Source: Candidatus Multivoradales bacterium (lineage in GTDB: Bacteria > Acidobacteriota > Thermoanaerobaculia > Multivoradales > Multivoraceae). From it: 64,000 nucleotides of DNA. The notes beneath the pieces are model-generated. The model had not been told where the DNA came from. It was given only the letters and a program-made list of their open reading frames with translations, and ran no database searches. Location of the stretch: contig CBDCWI010000002.1 of assembly GCA_965223325.1 (NCBI GenBank), positions 2,208,001 to 2,272,000 on the forward strand. Reading direction: 5' to 3'. Shown one piece after another: positions 1 through 9,617 of this stretch (position 1 is the first letter of the stretch; the number at the start of each line of letters is the position of its first letter). The position numbers and the translations under genes were made by a program.

Positions 1-1012
1 CCTTGTCGCTCTCGAGAAGCCGGGCGGCACTGCCACCGCGTGAAGTATCAGGATCGATCGAACCGGCCAGGGCCTGAGTCTCGACCTCGAGGCCCCGCTT
101 GGTGACCAATCGCTCCGGGGTCGCGCCAAAGAACAGGCGCCCATCGCGCTCGATGACGAAGCGCGCGCAGGTCGACTCATGCTCCCCCAGGCGCAAGAGA
201 ACTCGCTCGAGATCGAGTGGTCGCTCGAGCTCCAGGGTCGTTGAGCGGGCCGCGACCACCTTTTCGAACGAACCATCGGCGATCGACGCCAGAATCTCTT
301 CGACCAACTCGCGGTACTCGGGATCGTCGATGCCGGTGTCGACGCACGAGGGAGTCGCGGTGGATGACGCGATCGCTTCGTCGCTCGGTTTCTCGGTTGC
401 ATCGGAGGCATCGAGAGCATCGAGCGCCCGCACCACCCTTGCCACGAGGTCGCGCGTGTCGTTGTGTTTTGGATCGACGACCAGATCGAGACTCGAACCG
501 GGGCCACTCTCACTGCGACAGTAGAGCCAACGCGGCAAGACGAAGCCTCCGCGCCCGAGGGAACCCCAGGCGGAAAGAGAGCCGTCGCTACGGTCCTCGA
601 GACTGCGAGTCGAAAACGGCACCGCACCGAAGAGGCGCAGGCCGCGTGAGTCGGCGACCAGGGTCCCCTTGCCGCTCGAGAAATCGAGCAGCGAGAGGTC
701 AGAGAAAAGGGCGCCCGTTCGAAAGCGCAGCGACTCCAGCACCACCGGCCAGTCGGCCGCCGCCTCGAACTCAGCGCGCGCCGCAATGCCCAGCCCCGCA
801 AAGGCCGGACCGTTTTCGGGGGCCCATACCAAACGATCGCGCGCTCCGACATCGTCGCTGGCCAACGACTCGAGCGCTGCTAGAGCCGGCGCCAGGCTGA
901 GACGCGGGGCGGGGAACCGGAGAACGACACTGCCAGCGTGCCGATGACGAGTGAGCGCTTCGACGACTCGCCCCTCGAGATCGCGGCTGGCATCGAGAAA
1001 GGCGAGGCTCAT
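1..1012 (-). CDS. menF: Isochorismate synthase (MenF-like), partial; runs off the window start
   Basis: Not in the ORF track; translated by hand. ATG at 1012-1010 overlaps the ubiE/menG TGA (ATGA). The frame contains FEKVVAARS, FFGATPERL, QALAGS and LLESDK, typical of chorismate-binding enzymes. Confidence 0.8.
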   Translation of the reverse strand, partial: MSLAFLDASRDLEGRVVEALTRHRHAGSVVLRFPAPRLSLAPALAALESLASDDVGARDRLVWAPENGPAFAGLGIAARAEFEAAADWPVVLESLRFRTGALFSDLSLLDFSSGKGTLVADSRGLRLFGAVPFSTRSLEDRSDGSLSAWGSLGRGGFVLPRWLYCRSESGPGSSLDLVVDPKHNDTRDLVARVVRALDALDASDATEKPSDEAIASSTATPSCVDTGIDDPEYRELVEEILASIADGSFEKVVAARSTTLELERPLDLERVLLRLGEHESTCARFVIERDGRLFFGATPERLVTKRGLEVETQALAGSIDPDTSRGGSAARLLESDK

Positions 1013-1764
1013 GCTCTACCCCGTGGCCGCGCCAAGAAGAGATGGACCGCACCGAAACTCATCGGGGTCACCGCCAGAACGTCGAGGCCGGACATCTCCA
1101 TCAGGCGGGAGAACTCCTCGGGGGCGGGAAACTCGGCGATCGATCGCTCGAGGTAGGAGTACTCCTCAGCGCCGGAGAGCAATGCTCCCAGGCGCGGCAC
1201 GACCCGGCGCTTCCAGAAGCGAGCCGGCGATGCCAGGAGGCTTCCCCGGGGCTCAGAGAGTTCGAGAATCGCGATGCGACCGCCCGGCTTGACCACGCGA
1301 ACGATCTCGCCCAGGGCACGTGCGCGGTCGGGCACGTTGCGAATCCCAAAAGCCATCGTCAGGGCGTCAAAGCTGTGGTCTTGAAAGTCGAGCTGTTGCG
1401 CGTCGCCGGTGACCAGCGTCAACCGCTCTCCATCGCCACGCTTCGCGGACTTCTGCTCTGCGATGGCCAGCATGCCCTCAGAAGGATCGACGGCAGTGAC
1501 CTGGCAGTCACTGTGGGCGTCGAGTAGCGCAAAAGCCAAGTCACCCGTCCCGGTCGCCAGGTCGAGAACTCGGGAACCCGGCGCGAGCGCCAGAGCGTGC
1601 GCCGCGCGCCGTCGCCAGCGCCCGTCGGAGCCCAACGACATCAAACGGTTCAACAGGTCGTAGCGTGGAGCGACGCCATCGAACATGCGGCCCGAGCCGA
1701 GCTTGTTGTCCACAGCGGCACTGCCCTTCATCGTCGCCGCAGCTTCGAGGTCAACCGTCATCAC
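1009..1764 (-). CDS. menG: Demethylmenaquinone methyltransferase (UbiE/MenG)
   Basis: MFDGVAPRYDLLNRLMSLG, VLDLATGTGD (SAM motif I), MAFGIRNV and YSYLERSIAEFP motifs. Confidence 0.92.
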   Translation of the reverse strand: MMTVDLEAAATMKGSAAVDNKLGSGRMFDGVAPRYDLLNRLMSLGSDGRWRRRAAHALALAPGSRVLDLATGTGDLAFALLDAHSDCQVTAVDPSEGMLAIAEQKSAKRGDGERLTLVTGDAQQLDFQDHSFDALTMAFGIRNVPDRARALGEIVRVVKPGGRIAILELSEPRGSLLASPARFWKRRVVPRLGALLSGAEEYSYLERSIAEFPAPEEFSRLMEMSGLDVLAVTPMSFGAVHLFLARPRGRA

Positions 1765-2856
1765 TCAGAGCAACCGGTGGGCCGTCGACCGACCGACAGT
1801 TGCCAGCGCCTCGCGCGCGGCACTGGGTGGCAACACGGAAAGGTTCTCGATCGCGCCCTCGATGCGATCGGCGGCGAGGCGCCGGCAGGCATCGGCGGCA
1901 CCGGTCTCGGTCACCACCCGCTCGACCTCGAGCAACCACCTACGCTCCGGCTCGGCAGGCGGATCCGTCGCTACGATGCGCCCCAGCACCTCTCTCAGTT
2001 CGGGCGCCCGCTCGAGGGCGACGATCACCGGGAAGGTCACCTTGCCTTCGCGCAGGTCGGTGAAGGGCGTCTTGCCCGTGCGCTCGAGCTGGGTGTCGAG
2101 ATCGAGTAGATCGTCGATAACCTGAAAAGCGATGCCGAGCCCCGAACCGAAGTCTTGTAGCGCCATAGACCCGGCCCGACCGATGCCGCCGGAGCGGGCT
2201 CCCGCCAACATCGCCCAGCGAAAAAGGGTGGCTGACTTGCCCTCCGCCACGCGGAAGTAGAGGTCGCGCGAAATATCGAGCCGACCGCGGTTCTCGAGCT
2301 GAAGAGACTCGGCGCGGATCATGTCGGCGATCGTGTCCAACAACGCGTCGAGAGTTCCGGGCACGCGCGCCTTTCGCACCCGGCGCAGAGCGTCGATCAA
2401 CAGCCAGTCGCCGGCAAAAATCGAAGCCGCGTTGCCAAACTCGGCCCGCGCCGACGGAGCACCGCGGCGAGTCGGGGCCAGGTCGATCACATCATCGTGG
2501 AGAAGAGTCGCGTTGTGCACCAACTCAACGGCCACCGCGAGCTGCATCGTGCTGCGATCGAAGCCCGCGCCGCAGCGCGAGGCCAACGCGACACAGAGCG
2601 GGCGCAGGCGTTTGCCGCCGAGATCCAGAAGATGCGAACCGGCGCGCTCGGCGACCCGCTCACCACGCGCAGATTGCGCGAGCTCGGCCTCGATGTCAGC
2701 CATATCGGCCCCGGTCAAGGCCATCAGCTCGCCCAGGTTCTCAGCCAGTGCTTCCAGTCCGCGGGCGCTGCACATGTCGCGCAGCCGCGCCATGACCTCG
2801 TCGTCATGCGGCAGATCGCGCACTCGCGCGGTCCTTGGATTCATCTCAGGCAACAT
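1765..2856 (-). CDS. Long-chain polyprenyl diphosphate synthase (IspB/HepT family)
   Basis: GGKRLRP, ELVHNATLLHDDVID (first Asp-rich motif), AFQVIDDLLD (second Asp-rich motif), GK..TDLREGKVT. Confidence 0.92.
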   Translation of the reverse strand: MLPEMNPRTARVRDLPHDDEVMARLRDMCSARGLEALAENLGELMALTGADMADIEAELAQSARGERVAERAGSHLLDLGGKRLRPLCVALASRCGAGFDRSTMQLAVAVELVHNATLLHDDVIDLAPTRRGAPSARAEFGNAASIFAGDWLLIDALRRVRKARVPGTLDALLDTIADMIRAESLQLENRGRLDISRDLYFRVAEGKSATLFRWAMLAGARSGGIGRAGSMALQDFGSGLGIAFQVIDDLLDLDTQLERTGKTPFTDLREGKVTFPVIVALERAPELREVLGRIVATDPPAEPERRWLLEVERVVTETGAADACRRLAADRIEGAIENLSVLPPSAAREALATVGRSTAHRLL

Positions 2857-2937
2857 GCTTTGTTTCCTTACGGCTGTCAGCGGGAGTTCGGTGCCTCTGG
2901 CTACCGCACCCTTTTCGACTCGATTCTTCGGCGCGGC

Positions 2938-3591
2938 TCAGGTTGCATCATCATCGGAGGAACTCTCGGCGACGTCTCGAAGGCCAGGTCGAGGGGCCTC
3001 CTCCACCTCCACCAGGGCCGAACCCTCAGGACCCACCGCCCGACGGTTGGGAGCTCGGACCAGATGGCGCAGCGCCAGATTGCTCACGACGCCGCCGCGT
3101 AGGAACGAATCGACGACCGAATCGGCCAGGCCTACGAGGCGCTCGAGTGCAACCAGACGATCGCGCAGAACCTGCGCGTCGGGTGAAGGGTCTTCCTGGA
3201 GTTCTGGTATCCAGTCTCTCAGGTTTTCGAGAATGGGGTCCCACTCCCGCTGTTTGCGAATTCTGACGACATGCCGGGTGACCTTCTCGAGGTCGGACTC
3301 GGCGCGGTAACCGATGCGGCGTGAGCCGGGCAAACGCTCGGAGGTCACCAGCCCCCATTCGCGCAACTCGCGACAGGCCATCGACACGGCGCCCCGCGAG
3401 AGCTCGAGGGCGTCCATGATCTCCTCGGCGCCGGCCGCTTCGGAGCGCGCGAAGAGCCAACCGAAGATCCGCGCAGTGGTTGGCGAAACGCCCCAGAAGG
3501 TGCCCAGTGAACCCCACAGGGTGACAAAGGCCTCACGCACATGTGCGACACCAGGGGGCCGGAGCTCGACTTCCACTTCGTTGGTTTTCAT
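2938..3591 (-). CDS. GbsR/MarR-family transcriptional regulator
   Basis: Likely start MKTNEV at 3591. WGSLGTFWGVSPTTARIFGWL and EEIMDALELSRGAVSMACRELREWGLV give a GbsR-type winged HTH. Confidence 0.8.
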   Translation of the reverse strand: MKTNEVEVELRPPGVAHVREAFVTLWGSLGTFWGVSPTTARIFGWLFARSEAAGAEEIMDALELSRGAVSMACRELREWGLVTSERLPGSRRIGYRAESDLEKVTRHVVRIRKQREWDPILENLRDWIPELQEDPSPDAQVLRDRLVALERLVGLADSVVDSFLRGGVVSNLALRHLVRAPNRRAVGPEGSALVEVEEAPRPGLRDVAESSSDDDAT

Positions 3592-3678
3592 TCCCGGAGG
3601 GACCTTCCCAGCGGATCTGGAGGCCGCAGGCGGTACGTTTCGTGGTCTGCTCGAAAGAGCGTACAGGAACTTTTCTGA

Positions 3679-3700
3679 AGTTTCAATATTTATTGAAACT
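3679..3700. promoter_or_regulatory. AT-rich perfect inverted repeat, candidate operator of the GbsR-type regulator
   Basis: AGTTTCAATA-TT-TATTGAAACT about 90 bp upstream of the regulator start. A weaker similar site (CAGGAACTTTTCTGAA) lies immediately to its left. Confidence 0.6.
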
Positions 3701-3980
3701 ATTCTTGATCGTGGGTATCTGGGCAGATCGCTATAGGGTCGGGGGGTTCTGAGGGTGATCGACCCGCTCCTTGGCTTGCGTCCCGGGCGTCCTCCCAGGA
3801 GGACAACCCTCCTACCCTCACTCTTCTGCCGGCACCGCGTATCCGCATACTGCCGGCTGTTCCACCATCGCTCGCCACCCGGTACGAACCCTGCAGTCGA
3901 CTGTGGCTGCGGTGGACGAAAGCGAGTTTCCCCACCCCCCTTGCAAAGCAAAGCACCAGAACTATTCGGAGAGTCGTCTC

Positions 3981-5669
3981 ATGACCCTTGCCACCCGGCG
4001 CGACCACACCACATCGATGTTCCCGGCAGCCAGTCGGGCGCTCGCCGTTTGCCTCGTCACCGTCCTGTTCTCGATTCTCGGCCTCGCCAACCCCACATTC
4101 GCGGCCGCTAGCAACGGCGCGACCGCCCTCGAGTCGCTGGCCCAGCGCCTTGGGGTCACGGCTCCGACCAACGCCGGCACCGACTGCGCCACCGACGGTA
4201 CCCATCGAGTCGACCGGCATGTGATGCAGTGGATCGACGGCGCCGTCTGGCACTGGACCGAGAGCGACACCCGAGCCGGCATCTGCTCGGTGCTGCTGTC
4301 ACCCGAAGCCCGTGTCCTCTCGGCGCGCGAGACCGGAACTCTCCTCGCCGCCTCAGAACACGCCAGCATCGGCGACTCATCGCCGCGCGCTTCGGTTCGA
4401 GAGGCGCCGTTCGAACGTGCTGCACCACGTCGCCTGGCGATCGAACCGCATGATGCGCAGCGACTCGTCCAGGCACTGCGCCGCGGTGGCCCCACCGTCC
4501 GTCACCAGCCGGGCGCGAGCGGCAAGGCCACGCGCACGAGAACCGCTCCGGTTGCCACCAGGGTCACCGATCTCGATTCCGACCGCCAGAGTCTTCTCTT
4601 CGGTAGCGACGACCGTCAACGGGTAACCAACACCAGCGAGTTCCCCTGGAGTACGGTGACCTACGTCGAGAGCAGCTACGAGACCGGTGACTCGTTCGGC
4701 TACTCCGGCGTCTTGATCAGTCCCTACGCCGTCCTCACCTCGGCCTTTGCAATCTACGACGAGAGCCTCGGTGGCTTCGCCGAGAGCGTCCTGGTGGTTC
4801 CAGGTCAAACGCAAACCGAAGAAGGCGCGACGCTCATCGAGCCCTTTGGAGCTGTCGATGCGAGCATCATCGAAGTCCCGGAGGCGTGGATCAACACGGA
4901 AGACCCGGCAGAGCTCTACGGAGTAGCCTTCGTCGACGAGCCCTTCGACGGCATCAACAGTTTCATGCCCCTGGTCTTCGATGCCCTGCCCGCTGGCGAC
5001 TTCAACCTCGCGGGCTACGACTTCTCCGGCGACGGCGAGTCGCTCTCGTTCGCGCAGTGGACCCGTAGCGGCCCGCTGCAAGATAGCGACGAGATCTTCT
5101 TCTTCCACCAGCTCGACGACGACGAAGGGGCGCTCGGCGCCCCCGCCTGGGACTTCTCCGGACCCGGCGGCGCGCGCCGCATCTTCGGTCTCGAATGCTG
5201 CGCGACGACCGACGAGACGGCGAACGCCGGAATACGCTTGACAGCCTCTAACCGCGACCTCATCGAGGACTGGCTGAGCTTCATTCCCGACAACGGTGGC
5301 GGCGTGGTGCCGCCGCTCGGTACGGACCCGTTGTTCGTCGGCGGCGACAGCGCCAGCCGTTTCAAGATCGAAACCGCCTACGTCGACCGTCGCGGCAACA
5401 GCGGCGGCGGCAACCCGATTCGCCTGACCGACGACACCGGCTACTTCTGGTTCTTCAGTGACGACAACGTCGAGCTCGTGATCAAGGTGCTCAACGGCTG
5501 CCGCCTCAACGATCGCTTCTGGATCTTCGCCGCTGGCCTCACCGACGTCGAGGTCACGCTGCGAGTCGAAGACACCGAGACCAATCAGGTGTGGGACTTC
5601 AAGAACCCGCAAGGCAATGCCTTCCCGCCCGTCCAGGACACGAGCGCCTTCGCCACCTGCGACGGCTAG
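3981..5669 (+). CDS. Secreted V8/glutamyl-endopeptidase-like protein, probably catalytically inactive, with an acidobacterial C-terminal domain
   Basis: Signal-like N-terminus; FGSDDRQRVTNTSEFPWSTV and SGVLISPYAVLT match the V8 fold; C-terminal GYFWFFSDDNVELVIKVLNGC domain. Start at ATG 3981 is a best guess. Confidence 0.7.
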   Translation: MTLATRRDHTTSMFPAASRALAVCLVTVLFSILGLANPTFAAASNGATALESLAQRLGVTAPTNAGTDCATDGTHRVDRHVMQWIDGAVWHWTESDTRAGICSVLLSPEARVLSARETGTLLAASEHASIGDSSPRASVREAPFERAAPRRLAIEPHDAQRLVQALRRGGPTVRHQPGASGKATRTRTAPVATRVTDLDSDRQSLLFGSDDRQRVTNTSEFPWSTVTYVESSYETGDSFGYSGVLISPYAVLTSAFAIYDESLGGFAESVLVVPGQTQTEEGATLIEPFGAVDASIIEVPEAWINTEDPAELYGVAFVDEPFDGINSFMPLVFDALPAGDFNLAGYDFSGDGESLSFAQWTRSGPLQDSDEIFFFHQLDDDEGALGAPAWDFSGPGGARRIFGLECCATTDETANAGIRLTASNRDLIEDWLSFIPDNGGGVVPPLGTDPLFVGGDSASRFKIETAYVDRRGNSGGGNPIRLTDDTGYFWFFSDDNVELVIKVLNGCRLNDRFWIFAAGLTDVEVTLRVEDTETNQVWDFKNPQGNAFPPVQDTSAFATCDG

Positions 5670-5788
5670 CTCTTTCCAGCGACAGGTGAGAAAGCCTGGT
5701 GGCGCGAGGCACTGCGCTCCTCTCGATGAGACATCTCGTTTGAGGAGGAGCGCGTGACAACTGAGAACAGCCAGAACGAGACCGTCGC

Positions 5789-7204
5789 ATGAACCGTCCG
5801 GTGCTCGCACTCTTTGCTGCGGCGCTGGCGGTCCTATGCGTCGCTCGACCGGTACCCGCCGAGTCGCCACCCAGCCTGTGGACCCACGCCGCTGGAGATG
5901 ACTGGCCGACTTTTCTCGGCGAGAAGCGCGACGCCACCACCTACGAGGGCGACCTGCTCATCGACTGGCCCGAGGCCGGGCCGCCGATCGTCTGGCAAAT
6001 GGCGGTCGGCGAGGGCTACAGCATGCCGTCGATCGCTGACGGTCGCCTGTTCCTCTTCGACCGTCACGACGACCGCGAAAGCGGCGACCGGGCCCGCCTG
6101 AGGGCGCTGGTCGCCGAGACCGGCGAGGTGCTCTGGCAAAGCGAGTACCCCACCGACTATGAAGACATGTTCGAGTACAGCGGCGGACCGCGGGCGTCGC
6201 CGGTGGTCGACGATGACCGGGTCTACGCCTTCGGCGTCGACGGTCGCTTGCGCGCCCACGCGGTCCTGGATGGCAATGTCCTCTGGGAGCGCGACACCGA
6301 AAAGGAGTTCGGAGTCGTCCAGAACTTCTTCGGAGTTGCCAGCACTCCGCTGGTCGCCGGTGAACTCCTCTTGGTTCCGGTTGGAGGCTCACCAGAAGGA
6401 GATTGGGATATTCACGACCTGAGGGTCGAGCCCAACGGTTCCGGCATCGTCGCCTTCGACAAGAAGACCGGCGCCGTACGCTGGCAGAGTGGTGACGAGC
6501 TGGCGAGCTACAGTTCGCCCGTTCTGGCCGAGATCGACCGAACCCAACATGTCCTGTGGTTGGCGCGCGACAACTTTCTGGTCATGGACCCGGCAAGCGG
6601 TACCATCCGCCACCGCCTCGGGTACCGAGCGGCCAAGGCCTACAGCGTCAACGCCGCAACACCTGTTGTGGTCGGAAACGAGATCTTCCTCTCCGAGTCG
6701 TATGAGAAAGGCGGGCTCCTTCTACGGCTCGGCGACCAGGGTCTCAAGACCGTCTGGCAAGACCCACCCCGCCGCAACCAGAGCCTCGCAACCCACTGGA
6801 ACACCGCCGTCGAACACCGCGGGGTGCTCTACGGCTCGAGCGGCGAGAAGACCGGCCAGGCCGAGTTGCGCGCCGTCGACTGGAAGAGCGGCCGGGTTCA
6901 CTGGAGCATTCCACGGCTCGGTCGCACCACGGCTCTTCTCCTGGCGGACCCAACACCGGCGCCAGACGATGCGCACCTCATCGTCCTCGCCGAGTACGGC
7001 GAGTTGCTCCTCATCGAAGCCACCCGCGACGAGCCGCGCATCAAGCAGCGCCTCGAGCTGCGCGGGTCGGTCGACGGCAAGGAGCGCGAGCTTCTGCGTC
7101 ACCCTGCCTGGAGCCCGCCGATCGTCTCGCACGGGCTCCTGTTCGTGCGCGGCAAGGACCGGCTCGTCGCCCTCGACCTACGGGCGCCCGCACCGAAGCG
7201 CTAG
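5789..7204 (+). CDS. PQQ-like (BamB-family) beta-propeller repeat protein, secreted
   Basis: Signal peptide, DWPTFLG..RD start, repeated A.D..TG.V.W blades, C-terminal AWSPPIVSHGLLFVRG. Confidence 0.8.
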   Translation: MNRPVLALFAAALAVLCVARPVPAESPPSLWTHAAGDDWPTFLGEKRDATTYEGDLLIDWPEAGPPIVWQMAVGEGYSMPSIADGRLFLFDRHDDRESGDRARLRALVAETGEVLWQSEYPTDYEDMFEYSGGPRASPVVDDDRVYAFGVDGRLRAHAVLDGNVLWERDTEKEFGVVQNFFGVASTPLVAGELLLVPVGGSPEGDWDIHDLRVEPNGSGIVAFDKKTGAVRWQSGDELASYSSPVLAEIDRTQHVLWLARDNFLVMDPASGTIRHRLGYRAAKAYSVNAATPVVVGNEIFLSESYEKGGLLLRLGDQGLKTVWQDPPRRNQSLATHWNTAVEHRGVLYGSSGEKTGQAELRAVDWKSGRVHWSIPRLGRTTALLLADPTPAPDDAHLIVLAEYGELLLIEATRDEPRIKQRLELRGSVDGKERELLRHPAWSPPIVSHGLLFVRGKDRLVALDLRAPAPKR

Positions 7205-7704
7205 CGCACTTCGTCGCCGGGCTCTGGACCTTCGCCCTTGTGTCGCGAGCCCAGGAACATGCCGATGACGAAACCGAGCAATGGCGTCACGATCATGCCG
7301 TCGGCCGCACCGAGCTTTGCCGGGTCGCGCAGCCAGTAGGCCATCCAGAAAGCAGGCCCGAGGGCACCGGCGAGCAGCACCGTCCCCGCCCAGCGAATGT
7401 TGCGCTCGGTTTCAGAGTGCGCATGCTGCCGCTCTGCGGGCGTGACCTCGGGGTCACTGGCGACCTGCCACCGCCGGCGGTCGAGTTCCTGCCGCCGCCG
7501 CATGGTGAACTCGCCCGCTACGACACCCAGCGCCAGCAAGAGCAGATGACCCGGCCAGATCAGAGCCCGCGGACCGTCCGGAAGGGGCGAACAGCCACCG
7601 CCCGTCATCACTCCCAGAAGGAGACCAATCGCCGCCGAACCCAACGCCCAGCTCTGTGCCCGTTCGGCCAGGGACGGCCCACGTTGGTCCGCTGGTGCCG
7701 TCAT
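7201..7704 (-). CDS. Hypothetical membrane protein (about 4 TM)
   Basis: ATG at 7704 overlaps the TRAP permease stop (ATGA); four hydrophobic segments. Confidence 0.6.
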   Translation of the reverse strand: MTAPADQRGPSLAERAQSWALGSAAIGLLLGVMTGGGCSPLPDGPRALIWPGHLLLLALGVVAGEFTMRRRQELDRRRWQVASDPEVTPAERQHAHSETERNIRWAGTVLLAGALGPAFWMAYWLRDPAKLGAADGMIVTPLLGFVIGMFLGSRHKGEGPEPGDEVR

Positions 7705-9617
7705 CGCCGCCCCATCACGTCGAGCAGCCAGAGGGTCAGGCCCGGCCAGTAGGTAATCAGGAGCACCCCGATTCCGAGGATCGCCAGCATCGGCAAAGCC
7801 GCCCGATAGACCAGGAGGAGCGGGCGATCGAAGCGGTAAGAAGCAAGAAAGAGGTTCAACCCCACCGGCGGTGTCAGGTAGCCGAGCTCGAGGTTGGCGA
7901 TGAAGATGATTCCGAGATGCACCGGGTCGATCTCGAACGCCATGCCCAACGGCACGATCAGCGGTACCACCACGACGGTCGCCGAGAAGATGTCCATCAG
8001 GCAACCGACCAGCAACAGAAAAACGTTCAAGCACAAAAGAAAGACCAGCTTCGACTGAATGTTGTCGCGTACCAGGTCGACGAGGCGTTGGGCGATCTGA
8101 GCATCGACCAACCAACTGGTGAGCCCCATCGCCACGCCGAGAATGATCAGCACGCCGCCCACTAAAACCGCACAGTGGGTAATCACCCGCAACAGGTCAC
8201 GGCGAATCGACAGGTCGCGATGAATCATGCACTGCGCGATGAACGCGTAGAGCGCCGAAACCGCGGCCGCTTCGACGACGGTCGCGAGTCCCGAGAAGAT
8301 CACCCCCAGAATCACCACCGGAAGAATCAGTTCCCACTTCGCCCGCCAGGCGGACCGTAAAAGCTCCGCGCCGGTGAAGGGTTGTCTCGCAACGCCGGTG
8401 ACGACGCCTTCACGCAATCCCCAGGCCGCGATCAAAGACACGAGGAGCAGCCCTGGCAGCACACCTCCAATGAACAGATCCTCGATCGAGATCTTGGCGA
8501 CGATGCCGTAGAGAATGAGCGGCAGAGCTGGCGGCAACAAGAGCCCCAGCGAACCCGACGCGGTCAAAAGACCGATCGAAAACTGTTCGCGGTAGCGCTC
8601 GGCCTGCAACGCCTGAAAGAGAACTCCACCGAGAGCCAGAATGGTGACGCCCGAACCGCCGGTAAAAACCGTGAAGAAGGCGCAAACCACCGCTGCGACC
8701 ACCGCCGTGCCGCCGGGCATCCAGCCGACCAGCGCACGAAACACTGCCAGCAAACGATGCGACGCACGGCCCTCGGCGAGCAGAAAACCGGTGAGCGTGA
8801 AAAGTGGAATCGCCGCGAGGGTCGGCGAGACGGCGAGGCGATAGGTCTCGACCGGAATGGCTTCCGCAGGAATACCGTCGATCAGAAACAGGAGCAGCGC
8901 GGCACCGCCCAGGGCGACGAAGATCGGCCCGCCGAGGAGGGTGGCCAACAGCAGAACCAGAAGCCCCGGTAGAGGTGAAGCGCCTTCGAGAGCCGTCGGG
9001 TGCGTGGCAAGCCAGGCACCGGCAAGTAGACCGAGCGCTGCCACCCCCCGACCGCCCCAGCGGGGTGACGCCACGATGACCAACCGCACCGCCAGGAGGG
9101 CAAACGAAATCGGCATCGCCAACTGCGCGATCCACACCGGCAACCAATTGGCGATCACCACCCCGCCATCTTTCTCGATCGCCACCAGGTTGAAGCTGGC
9201 ATAGGCCAACGCCAGGCAAACGGCCGCGCCTACGGCATGACTGAAGACCTTCGAGGCGTCGCGCCACCGCCCCTCGGGAATCGCCTGGCCGGTTGCCAGT
9301 TGTAGTAGTCGGTCATGGCGCGCGGCGATCGCGGCACCGAGAAACGCGACCCACAAGGTGAGGTGTTGGACCAGCGAAGGTGCACCCGGAATGCCACCGC
9401 CCATCCGCCGCATGACGATCTCGACGATCGGGAGAATCACCATCAGCACCAGGAGGATGCTGGTGACGAGCTCTTCGAACCGATGAAAGGCCCGCAGCAC
9501 CGCGAAACGGCTTTCGGGCGGAGTTTCGAGACCCTCGCCTACGGGAAGATCCGCAGAGTCGTCCGCCACACGGGGAGGATCACTCTCAAGAGGAGCTTGT
9601 GAGGCCGAGTCGGTCAG
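7701..9617 (-). CDS. TRAP transporter fused small/large permease (DctQ-DctM)
   Basis: DctQ-like N-terminal part (LTLWVAFLGAAIAAR) followed by DctM motifs AIPLFTLTG, ASGSLGLLLPP and ANLELGYLTPPVGLNLF. Start uncertain (9617 or 9569). Confidence 0.88.
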   Translation of the reverse strand: MTDSASQAPLESDPPRVADDSADLPVGEGLETPPESRFAVLRAFHRFEELVTSILLVLMVILPIVEIVMRRMGGGIPGAPSLVQHLTLWVAFLGAAIAARHDRLLQLATGQAIPEGRWRDASKVFSHAVGAAVCLALAYASFNLVAIEKDGGVVIANWLPVWIAQLAMPISFALLAVRLVIVASPRWGGRGVAALGLLAGAWLATHPTALEGASPLPGLLVLLLATLLGGPIFVALGGAALLLFLIDGIPAEAIPVETYRLAVSPTLAAIPLFTLTGFLLAEGRASHRLLAVFRALVGWMPGGTAVVAAVVCAFFTVFTGGSGVTILALGGVLFQALQAERYREQFSIGLLTASGSLGLLLPPALPLILYGIVAKISIEDLFIGGVLPGLLLVSLIAAWGLREGVVTGVARQPFTGAELLRSAWRAKWELILPVVILGVIFSGLATVVEAAAVSALYAFIAQCMIHRDLSIRRDLLRVITHCAVLVGGVLIILGVAMGLTSWLVDAQIAQRLVDLVRDNIQSKLVFLLCLNVFLLLVGCLMDIFSATVVVVPLIVPLGMAFEIDPVHLGIIFIANLELGYLTPPVGLNLFLASYRFDRPLLLVYRAALPMLAILGIGVLLITYWPGLTLWLLDVMGRR

